Positions 5,404-12,737 of a stretch of DNA of 12,737 nt are shown in pieces. The DNA is from Acaryochloridaceae cyanobacterium VAR_48_metabat_390 (lineage in GTDB: Bacteria; Cyanobacteriota; Cyanobacteriia; Thermosynechococcales; Thermosynechococcaceae). Positions within the stretch are counted from its first letter, which is position 1, and every line of letters begins with the position of its first letter. The notes below the pieces were generated by a model, which worked only from the letters and a program-made list of their open reading frames with translations, was not told the DNA's origin and did not search any database. The translations under genes were made by a program, and so were the position numbers. Location of the stretch: NCBI GenBank assembly GCA_031422435.1, contig JANPLU010000094.1:1-12737 (forward strand), written 5' to 3'.

Positions 5404-5694
5404 ATGGAGTACCGCAGAGCAAGGGTTACGGGCGGCAGCTATGGTTTTACGCGGGTGATGCATCGTCGGCGATCATTTTTGTGTGAGCTTCAGAATTTTT
5501 GGTTGCTGAGGCGATTGCCTTGGTATGTGATGCAGCGACCTCCGTTTGCGATCGCTGCGGTGGTCATTTTGCCTAAGCATCTGAACTGCATTTTCGGCTA
5601 TGGCAACTGCGATCGTCGTATCCAAACCCAAAACGGCAGCAAAACTCCTGGGCTGAGCGAAGTCGATACTCACGTCGATTTAAGGTTGGGTTGA
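5404..5694 (+). pseudogene. RAYT N-terminal remnant, copy 2 (open frame, homology ends ~5615)
   Basis: MEYRRARVTGGSYGFTRVMHRRRSFLCELQNFWLLRRLPWYVMQRPPFAIAAVVILPKHLNCI. The HUH motif is mutated to HLN, the truncation point matches copy 1, and the tail reads through REP-derived DNA. Confidence 0.85.
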
Positions 5695-5707
5695 GCAAAA
5701 CTCAGCA
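5648..5707 (+). repeat. Degenerate REP-like copies and right copy of the outer direct repeat
   Basis: CTGGGCTGAGCGAAGTCGATACTCA (5648-5672) and AGGTTGGGTTGAGCAAAACTCAGC (5683-5706) both resemble the 5366 REP. 5672-5707 repeats 4152-4184. Confidence 0.55.
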
Positions 5708-5757
5708 GCCAGACGTATTGCAAAATTGAATTAAACCCTTTGGCGAGAGAACAACGC

Positions 5758-5766
5758 TGGTACAAT
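5758..5766 (+). promoter_or_regulatory. Extended -10 element (TGgTACAAT), probable psb30 promoter
   Basis: TG-n-TACAAT about 120 nt upstream of the psb30 start. Confidence 0.4.
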
Positions 5767-5887
5767 GATGATTCAAGCGGCTGTCTAAGCACACCGAGCG
5801 GCATTGTGTTGTCTACATCGGTTCACCAAGGCTTGCGGCAGTACGATTATCAATTGTGTTTGTAGACCCATCCTGGAAGGACGAACG

Positions 5888-6034
5888 ATGTTAGTTGCCG
5901 GAATGTTTGATTTTCTGAATGTCTTTTCGACCATTAACTTTGAAGTTATTTTTCAGCTCACCATGCTGGCAATGATTGTAATTGCTGGGCCTGCTGTTGT
6001 GTTTCTATTAGCATTTCGCGGCGGCAACCTCTAA
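5888..6034 (+). CDS. psb30: Photosystem II reaction centre protein Psb30 (Ycf12)
   Basis: [33 protein letters not shown] is the Ycf12 signature. ATG 5888 has GGAAGGA 6 nt upstream, with ATG 5903 as an alternative. The ORF-track start at 5804 is too long. Confidence 0.93.
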   Translation: MLVAGMFDFLNVFSTINFEVIFQLTMLAMIVIAGPAVVFLLAFRGGNL

Positions 6035-8472
6035 GGCAGCGTCGCCAGCCGCTCGGCTGGGCAATTGTACCAGTGCTGAAGTCGCTGAAGTTCCTGTTCT
6101 AGAGAGGCGGTTTCGCCAAAACTAGGGCAGGAATATTTTATGTCTCGAAGTGCCGCAATTAAGGTACTCGGTGCAACCCACCACTGCTGTCCTAGGCCGA
6201 GCAGATTGAGAGGGGCATCAGGGTTTTTGACAATTTCATAGGATAATTGCGATCGCAGTGTCCCCGCATCGAGCAGTTTGGGCAACCCATTGCGCACATA
6301 GACGTCTTCAGGTTTGGCTAAGGCCAGCAGCCAGCGGAGATGCGTCCAAGAAGGCGGCAAAGTCCATAGCAAAACCGTGGCACATTGACCACGCGGGCGA
6401 TCGTAGGTGAGTTTTCCGGCTAGAGATTGAGCCGAAACGTAAGGGCGCTGGTAGCCATAAATTAAAACATTGCCCACAAGCTGAGGCATCACCGCCTCTA
6501 GCGTTTTTAACGGATGCCAGCTCATTGCTGAAATATTGACTTTAGGCGGCTCTGGACATTTTAGCTTCGGCTCAACTTCGGGTAGTAAGGGCGATCGCCC
6601 CACCACTGCCGCGTTTTCACTCACGGCTGCTTTAGGTTCTACTTTTTGGGGTAAGGGTGCCACTGTAGAAACATCGGCAGGGCGTACACCCATTAGCTCT
6701 AGCTCTAGCGCGGTTTGACCGTTCCAGGTGTTTTCGCGCAGGCGATAGGCTACATCAATGCGTTCAGGCAGCGGAAAATATTCTGCCCAGCGCCATGCGA
6801 TCGCCGTAAAGGCAGTGCCCCCGCCATCTTGGGTTTCAATGTCTTGGCTCAAGGTCACTTTAAGATGACTCTGCCCCACAATACGCTGGTCTAAGACCTT
6901 CACATTTGCGCTCCAAAACACAGGTTCTGGGTTGCCAATGCCGCAGGGCTGGAGCCGATCCATCTGCTGATAAAGCTCTTGGGTAATATCCGTAAACCTA
7001 GCCTGCACATCTATGCTGACCAAAGGCTTGAGATGCTCTGGCTTAAGGTGCTGGTGAGCAAACTCGCTAAGGCGCGATCGCAGCGTCTTTAAATTATCTG
7101 CCGCCAGGGTAAAGCCCCCCGCCGCTCGATGCCCGCCAAACCGATCCAGCAGATCGCCACAGAAATGTAGCGCTTCAAACACATCAAACTCAGGAATACT
7201 GCGGGCAGAGCCGCGAATCAGGGTCTGAGCGTCGTCTTCGTAGGTGCCAATAAACACCGGAACGCCGAAGCGCTCCACGAGCCGAGAAGCCACAATGCCA
7301 ATCACGCCATGATGCCAGCCTGGTTCAATAACGACCAACACCCGATGCACTAGCGGGTCGAGGGTGCCGTCAGTGTTTTGCTCGACGAGGGCGATCGCCG
7401 CCTGTTCAATCTCTCGGCACATTTGCTGGCGCTGCTGGTTTGCCAGCTCGCACTCAGCCGCGCGGGTCTGGGCAATGGTGGCGTCATCGGTCGTCAGTAG
7501 CTCAATCACCGTTTGCGGATCGCCAATGCGACCGACGGCATTGATGCGTGGTCCTAATCGAAAGCCGATGGTTTCAGGTTTAAAGGCCTGTTTAGAACTC
7601 GAAGAACTGCCAGAAACTTCAATGAGTGCCTTAACGCCAGCAAACTCAGAATAGGGTAAACGCTTAAGTCCACGCTGGAGCCAGCGGCGGTTTACGCCAA
7701 TGAGGGGGGCAAGATCGGCGATCGTGCCAAGGGTAAAGAGTTCTAAAAGTGGGGTCACAAGGTGCTGGGTTTGACCCATCTGCTGCGCTAAGGCGACCGC
7801 TAAAATGTAGGCAACCCCCACGCCAGCCAATCCGCTATAAAGCGAACCTGCTGGCAAAAGTTTGGGATTTAAAATCGCGTTGGCGGGGGGCAACTGTGGA
7901 GGTAAATCGTGGTGATCGGTCACAATGACCGCCAAGCCCAGCTCACGGGCTTTTGCGATGGGTTCGTAGGCCGCAATGCCGTTATCTACCGTCAGCAGTA
8001 GCTTGCCACCCTCTGCCGCAAAGTCTTCCACAATGCGAGCATTAATGCCGTATCCCTCATGCATCCGGCTGGGGATGGCGTATTCCACTTGGGCACCCAA
8101 GGCTTTTAAGGCGCGCAGCAGCAGGGCAGTGCTAGTCATACCGTCAGCGTCGTAGTCACCACAGATGGCGATTTTGTCGCCTTGACGCACGGCAGTCTCA
8201 AGCAGTTCTAGGCTAGTTGCCAGGTCTGGGAATTCTTCGAGGGGGGCAGGCAATGCCTGAGACTCTGGTTCCAAAAAAAACTGAACGGCTTCTGCGGTGG
8301 TTAGCCCACGGTTCAGCAGCACCTGTGCTAGCAGTGGCGAAAATTGAGTCGTTTGGGCCACGCGCTCTGCCTGGACTGCATCTTGAGGATGAATCTGCCA
8401 GCGCTGATTGGGGAGATTAACGGAGGATTGAGCAGATTTTGATGCTGAAATCACGGATAGATAAAACGCCAC
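6031..8472 (-). CDS. recJ: Single-stranded-DNA-specific exonuclease RecJ with C-terminal extension
   Basis: DHH motifs GDYDADG, TVDNG, TDHH and [33 protein letters not shown]1 motifs GSARS and [18 protein letters not shown]-fold HLK...AIAWR. Start uncertain (GTG 8472 or 8454). Confidence 0.95.
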   Translation of the reverse strand: MAFYLSVISASKSAQSSVNLPNQRWQIHPQDAVQAERVAQTTQFSPLLAQVLLNRGLTTAEAVQFFLEPESQALPAPLEEFPDLATSLELLETAVRQGDKIAICGDYDADGMTSTALLLRALKALGAQVEYAIPSRMHEGYGINARIVEDFAAEGGKLLLTVDNGIAAYEPIAKARELGLAVIVTDHHDLPPQLPPANAILNPKLLPAGSLYSGLAGVGVAYILAVALAQQMGQTQHLVTPLLELFTLGTIADLAPLIGVNRRWLQRGLKRLPYSEFAGVKALIEVSGSSSSSKQAFKPETIGFRLGPRINAVGRIGDPQTVIELLTTDDATIAQTRAAECELANQQRQQMCREIEQAAIALVEQNTDGTLDPLVHRVLVVIEPGWHHGVIGIVASRLVERFGVPVFIGTYEDDAQTLIRGSARSIPEFDVFEALHFCGDLLDRFGGHRAAGGFTLAADNLKTLRSRLSEFAHQHLKPEHLKPLVSIDVQARFTDITQELYQQMDRLQPCGIGNPEPVFWSANVKVLDQRIVGQSHLKVTLSQDIETQDGGGTAFTAIAWRWAEYFPLPERIDVAYRLRENTWNGQTALELELMGVRPADVSTVAPLPQKVEPKAAVSENAAVVGRSPLLPEVEPKLKCPEPPKVNISAMSWHPLKTLEAVMPQLVGNVLIYGYQRPYVSAQSLAGKLTYDRPRGQCATVLLWTLPPSWTHLRWLLALAKPEDVYVRNGLPKLLDAGTLRSQLSYEIVKNPDAPLNLLGLGQQWWVAPSTLIAALRDIKYSCPSFGETASLEQELQRLQHWYNCPAERLATLP

Positions 8473-8688
8473 TTTTGAAACGAATTGGGCTTTGACTAAA
8501 CAAAGGCAGCAGCTCGGTCACAAGCTAAACCAACCTCTCACCTAGCTCACTTTAACGGATTGTTGATTGCTCTAGACGTGGAGATAAGGGCTATATTATG
8601 GGGTGGCAGCAGTTGCCTTGCAAGAATGTGCCAACGGTTTCAGAACGATGTTGGGATTTTTTATAAAGATCTGTGAGGAAAAAGATTG

Positions 8689-9129
8689 ATGAGCTTAAGC
8701 GAAAAATTACGGGATGAGCAGATTACAGCCAGCATTGCCGCAGACTGTACCGAGTTGATGGATGGTCAAGTAGCTGCCAAAAGCGGTATTTCTGGTTTGG
8801 CGCTCAAGGCAACCTATGGTGTTGTCAAAGGTATGGATGCAAACTATATCACTGGTGCAATTCAGCGTCTGCTGCCTGAGGCGATCGCAGCCCTAGATCC
8901 GCTATGGGACGAAGGCGTACAGACGGGCGATCCCGTGTCGCATCTGACCCAAAACTGCGATCTCACTGCCGACACCCTTCTGGGCGTTACGGATGCCAAA
9001 ATTCAGCGGGTCAAAAATGGGCTAATCTGCTCTTCTTATAGTAAGCTTCGCAAATCTGTTAAAGGCGATATCGTAGCGGCAGTTCCTGGCCTTGCCCAAA
9101 TTATAGGCAAACACTTAAACGGGCACTGA
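8689..9129 (+). CDS. Conserved all-helical hypothetical protein (DUF6918-like)
   Basis: Motifs DC..L.D.QV..KSG.SGLALK..Y..VK, LLPE...ALDP.W, AD.LL.VTD and Y.KLR. GAGGA SD at 8675-8679, ATG 8689. The family name is from recall, not a search. Confidence 0.7.
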   Translation: MSLSEKLRDEQITASIAADCTELMDGQVAAKSGISGLALKATYGVVKGMDANYITGAIQRLLPEAIAALDPLWDEGVQTGDPVSHLTQNCDLTADTLLGVTDAKIQRVKNGLICSSYSKLRKSVKGDIVAAVPGLAQIIGKHLNGH

Positions 9130-10905
9130 ATGGGTTGCCGTCATTTGAAGGGCATAAAGGTTTGCATAAACGCCGCCCTGCTCTATGAGTTCAGCGTGAG
9201 TCCCATGTTCTGCAATAGTGCCCTGCTGAATTACTAAAACCTGATCTGCTTGGGTTACTGTGCTGAGTCGGTGGGCAATGACAAAGCTGGTTCGGTTTTT
9301 GAGGAGACGGGCGATCGCCGTTTGCACCAGCGCCTCAGTACGGGTATCAATACTGCTAGTTGCCTCATCCAAAATCAGAATGCGGGGGTTAATTAAAACC
9401 GCACGGGCAATACTAATAAGCTGTCGCTGACCTTGACTGAGTGGCGCGCCCCGTTCTCCTAATTGAGTGGCGTACCCTTGGGGCAGCGACGTAATAAACT
9501 CATGGACATTCGCCAGTTGGGCAGCGGCTTCAATTTCAGCTTGGGTGGCATGGGGTATTCCGAACGCAATATTTTCAGCGACCGTACCGCTAAATAAAAT
9601 ATTATCCTGTAGCACAATCCCAATCTGACGACGTAAACTAGCCTGGGTTACAGCGCGGACATCAACTCCATCGATTTTGACCGCGCCGCCAGACACATCA
9701 TAAAACCGCAGAATCAGGTTAATGATGGTACTTTTGCCCGCCCCTGTCGGCCCTACAAGGGCAATCATTTGACCAGGATGTGCTGCTAAATGAATACCCT
9801 TCAGCACCTGCTGATCAGGGGTATATCCAAAGGTGACAGCTTCAAACAATACTTCTCCTTTAATCGGCGGCATTTCTGAAGCATCGGCGGCATCTTTAAG
9901 TTCTGATGGCTCATCTAACAGTAAAAAAATTCGCTCTAGACCAGCAAACGCCGACTGAGCCTGGGTATAAAACTGACTCAAGATCTGAATCGGTCTAAAA
10001 AACTGCTGCACGTACAGCAAAAATGAAGTCACAACCCCCACCGTGGCGGCACCCGTGACAGCTAAATATCCGCCATAGGCCAGTACCCCTGCGGTTGCGA
10101 GAGTGTTGAGAAAATCAATCGACGGCAAAAACGCTGAGGTAATGGCAACCGCCTGCACATTCGCATCACGGTTGGCGGCGTTAAGCAAATCAAATTCTTC
10201 GATATTAAGCTGTACCCGATTAAATGCCTGAGCTTCGCGCACGCTGCTAATGTCTTCCTCTAGCTTGGCTGAGAGTTCGCCAATGGTTTGGCGCGTGACG
10301 CGAAATCTAGCCCTAGCCCAGCGGGAAAAAAGACCTGTCGTAAAAATCATGAGCGGCACCACCAGATTGCTCAGCAGCCCTAACTGGAGGTTAATGGCCA
10401 GCATCGCAATTACAATGCCCACCAAACTCAATAGGTTCCCCAACATTTGGGCGACGGTTTGACCAAAGGCTTGGTTGACGGTATTCACGTCATTCAGCAG
10501 CCGACTCATTAAGTCTCCGGCTTCACTGCGGTCAAAAAAGCTGAGGGGAAGGCTCTGAATTTTGATAAAAATATCCTGCCGAAGCTGTGCCAACAGCCGC
10601 TGCATAATGGAACCAACCCGCAGAATTTGCCCCCGAATCGCCCAGATGCCTGAAAAATAGATGATTGCCAGCAGGCTGAGCAGCAGCAGTAAACCCCGCA
10701 GGTCGCCTTTGGCAATGACATGGTCAATAGACCAGCCCAGCAGAAATGGTCCCACTGCCTGAGTTGCAGCGCCAATCGACACTAGCGTCAGCGCAATTGG
10801 AATTTCTTTACGAAAGGGTCGGAGGTACTGTAAAAAGCGCCGCAGAGTAGAGATCTGCTTTTGGGCTTTTTGCTCTGACACGATGCCTAGGCCAATACTT
10901 CTCAT
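9115..10905 (-). CDS. ABC exporter fused TMD-NBD subunit (MdlB/TM288-like, consensus catalytic motifs)
   Basis: N-terminal membrane domain; Walker A GPTGAGKS, Q-loop VLQD, deviant signature LSQGQRQ, Walker B LILDEATS and switch IAHRLST. ATG 10905 (alternative TTG 10911). Confidence 0.93.
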   Translation of the reverse strand: MRSIGLGIVSEQKAQKQISTLRRFLQYLRPFRKEIPIALTLVSIGAATQAVGPFLLGWSIDHVIAKGDLRGLLLLLSLLAIIYFSGIWAIRGQILRVGSIMQRLLAQLRQDIFIKIQSLPLSFFDRSEAGDLMSRLLNDVNTVNQAFGQTVAQMLGNLLSLVGIVIAMLAINLQLGLLSNLVVPLMIFTTGLFSRWARARFRVTRQTIGELSAKLEEDISSVREAQAFNRVQLNIEEFDLLNAANRDANVQAVAITSAFLPSIDFLNTLATAGVLAYGGYLAVTGAATVGVVTSFLLYVQQFFRPIQILSQFYTQAQSAFAGLERIFLLLDEPSELKDAADASEMPPIKGEVLFEAVTFGYTPDQQVLKGIHLAAHPGQMIALVGPTGAGKSTIINLILRFYDVSGGAVKIDGVDVRAVTQASLRRQIGIVLQDNILFSGTVAENIAFGIPHATQAEIEAAAQLANVHEFITSLPQGYATQLGERGAPLSQGQRQLISIARAVLINPRILILDEATSSIDTRTEALVQTAIARLLKNRTSFVIAHRLSTVTQADQVLVIQQGTIAEHGTHAELIEQGGVYANLYALQMTATHSVPV

Positions 10906-10957
10906 GGTCAATTTTTTACTTTCTTACACCACAGTTTTAGTTTTACGACACCCATTG

Positions 10958-12715
10958 TTAACGAGACGGCGGTAAGGCGGCGGGTGCTTGCTTCACCTGA
11001 GACTCTAAGATTGCGCCGTAGAGGGGGCTGGTATTCATGAGTTCTGTATGGGTACCCTGCCCTACTAATCGCCCTTTGTCCATCAGTAAAATGCGGTCTG
11101 CATTTTGGACGGTGCTGATGCGCTGAGCCACAACAAAGGTGGTACAGGCTTTTTGGCGCATCAAATCATCCAGAGCCGCCTGGATTTGGACGGCGGTTTG
11201 GGCATCGACAGCGGAGGTGCTGTCGTCCAAAATGAGGATGCTGTAGTTTGTGAGTAGGGTACGGGCGATCGCAACCCTCTGCTTTTGCCCTCCCGATAAG
11301 CCCACGCCCCGCTCCCCGACGATGGTTTCGTAGCCGTCAGGCAAACCCATAATAAAGTCGTGCATTTGAGCCGTTTTTGCCACTTCCATCACCTGTTCAA
11401 GGGATGCGTTGGTATTGGCATAGGCAATATTTTCTCGCAGGGTACCAGAGAACAATGTAGTTTCTTGAAACACAATGCCGATGTGCGATCGCAGACTTTT
11501 AAGCGAAAAATCACGCACGTCTCTGCCATCAATCCGTACCGATCCGGCGGTGACATCATAAAAACGCGGCAGTAAATTCATAATGGTGCTTTTGCCAGAG
11601 GCCGTCATGCCCAGTACAGCAATTAGCTCTTTGGGCTTGGTTTCAAAGGACACTTCCTTGAGGGCTTCGGTCGTTGCGCCAGGGTAGCGGAAAGACACGT
11701 GTTCAAAGGTGATACGACCTACGCAGCCAGAAAAGGGAATAGCGTTGGGGCGATCGCGAATGTCAATTTTGGCATCCACTACTTCATAGACCCGCTGGGC
11801 AGAAGAGGCAGCTTGGGCGATCGCAGGGGCAGCAAAGCCAATCAGCAAAAGGGGCTGAAGAATGAGCAGCAGATAGGCGTTAAACGCAACCAGTTCTCCA
11901 ATCGAAAATTGACCGCCAATCACCTCTGACCCACCGTAGCCAAACACCGCCAGCGTCACTAAGTTACTGAGTAAAAAGATAAACGGAAACGTATTGCGGA
12001 TGGCGCGAATGGTTTTCATGCTAGTTTCCACCAGGGCATCATTCATTGCCGTATAGCGCTCGGACTCAGCCTCTTCACGCACAAAGGCTTTGACCACCCG
12101 AATGCCAATGAGGTTTTCTTGCAAGACTGCATTAAGGTTGCCGAGCTGCTCCTGTACTTGACCAAAGAGTCGGCTATTTTTGGTAAAAAACTGCGCCAGC
12201 AGCCATCCAGTTATGGGCACTACAGTTAATGTAATGAGCGCTAAGCGCCAGTTCATGAATAAAATTACAACGGCAATGCTGAGCAGCGTCACGATGGAGC
12301 TAATAACCTGCACAAGGCTGGTACCCAAAAACGTGCGGATTTGCTCAATGTCATTGGTCACGCGGGTCAAAAGCTGGGACGTTTGAGCCTGATCATGGTA
12401 GCTAAAGCTCAGGTTTTGGATTTTGCTAAAGATGCGGTTACGGAGGTCGTAGGCAACGCCTTGGGAGGCAGATTCTGCCCAGAAGCTTTGCCCAAAGTTA
12501 AACAATCCCCGACTAATGGCGGCTAATACCAATGCACCTGCGCTATACAGCACAATTTCAAGATCTTTTTTTGTAATACCTTCATCAATCCCCCACCGAA
12601 ACAACTGCGGGGTGACGGCATTGGCGGCGGTTAAACATAGCAGGCTCAGTAAGGATCCAATCAAGAGCCAGCGATAGACCACCAAGCTTTTAAGCACTCT
12701 CAGCAAAGACTGCAT
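10958..12715 (-). CDS. ABC exporter fused TMD-NBD subunit (MdlA/TM287-like, degenerate catalytic motifs)
   Basis: Membrane domain; Walker A GMTASGKS, signature LSGGQKQR, Walker B ILILDDSTS (catalytic E replaced by D) and switch VAQR (H replaced by Q). Confidence 0.93.
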   Translation of the reverse strand: MQSLLRVLKSLVVYRWLLIGSLLSLLCLTAANAVTPQLFRWGIDEGITKKDLEIVLYSAGALVLAAISRGLFNFGQSFWAESASQGVAYDLRNRIFSKIQNLSFSYHDQAQTSQLLTRVTNDIEQIRTFLGTSLVQVISSIVTLLSIAVVILFMNWRLALITLTVVPITGWLLAQFFTKNSRLFGQVQEQLGNLNAVLQENLIGIRVVKAFVREEAESERYTAMNDALVETSMKTIRAIRNTFPFIFLLSNLVTLAVFGYGGSEVIGGQFSIGELVAFNAYLLLILQPLLLIGFAAPAIAQAASSAQRVYEVVDAKIDIRDRPNAIPFSGCVGRITFEHVSFRYPGATTEALKEVSFETKPKELIAVLGMTASGKSTIMNLLPRFYDVTAGSVRIDGRDVRDFSLKSLRSHIGIVFQETTLFSGTLRENIAYANTNASLEQVMEVAKTAQMHDFIMGLPDGYETIVGERGVGLSGGQKQRVAIARTLLTNYSILILDDSTSAVDAQTAVQIQAALDDLMRQKACTTFVVAQRISTVQNADRILLMDKGRLVGQGTHTELMNTSPLYGAILESQVKQAPAALPPSR

Positions 12716-12737
12716 GGGGGAAGGATCTAGATGGTCA

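Larger units (their letters stand above)
716..11824. repeat. HIP1 (GCGATCGC) highly iterated palindromes, dispersed
   Basis: Counted by eye at 716, 862, 1113, 1499, 1935, 4372, 4433, 5548, 6249, 6591, 6797, 7074, 7391, 8881, 9311, 11265, 11485, 11750 and 11817 (19 copies). Fewer than one would be expected by chance. Confidence 0.92.

Noticed and set aside
4264..5673. Similar minus-strand ORFs 4264-4476 and 5473-5673 (AVAIAENAVQ.LRQND.RSDRKRRSLH) as a paralogous small-protein pair
   Set aside because: They are antisense readings of the duplicated RAYT remnant. The similarity follows from the DNA duplication, and their starts and ends differ.
4152..5680. ACGTCGATT 9-mer as a classical target-site duplication
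   Set aside because: Similarity extends beyond the 9-mer on the same side in both copies, there are no terminal inverted repeats, and HUH/RAYT enzymes do not make TSDs. It is reported as a longer direct repeat instead.
5804..5887. N-terminal extension of Psb30 from the ORF-track start at 5804
   Set aside because: Psb30 proteins are ~35-50 aa and an SD precedes ATG 5888, so this stretch is more likely 5' UTR.
8273..8280. A8 homopolymer in recJ as a phase-variation tract
   Set aside because: The run is short, the frame is intact, and recJ is a housekeeping gene.
6536..12526. Short ORFs within recJ and the ABC genes (6536, 7364, 8217, 10250, 10509, 11360, 11699, 12180, 12341)
   Set aside because: Fully nested in well-supported long genes; typical shadow ORFs.

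Overview
Cyanobacterial chromosomal window (at least 19 HIP1 GCGATCGC octamers, plus ocp, frp and psb30). Left to right: a GIY-YIG nuclease gene cut off by the window edge and missing from the ORF track, a small Zn-ribbon membrane protein, a TIGR04282/DUF2064 glycosyltransferase-like gene, an SPFH/prohibitin gene, and the photoprotection pair ocp (OCP1 type) and frp. A ~1.7 kb accessory patch (~3990-5710) follows, then psb30 (ycf12), a recJ with a long C-terminal extension, a DUF6918-like gene and a TM287/TM288-type heterodimeric ABC exporter. The accessory patch is the most unusual part. An Rpn-family (DUF2887+DUF4351) nuclease gene sits between two direct copies of the same truncated REP-associated tyrosine transposase (RAYT) fragment. 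Each copy is preceded by a GTAG-REP hairpin and ends at a HIP1 or near-HIP1 site. The block is bracketed by a second ~35-bp direct repeat and preceded by a ~105-nt nested stem-loop. The Rpn gene has an internal Shine-Dalgarno plus in-frame ATG, consistent with a gene-within-gene RpnS antitoxin. Family assignments come from motif recognition, not database searches.
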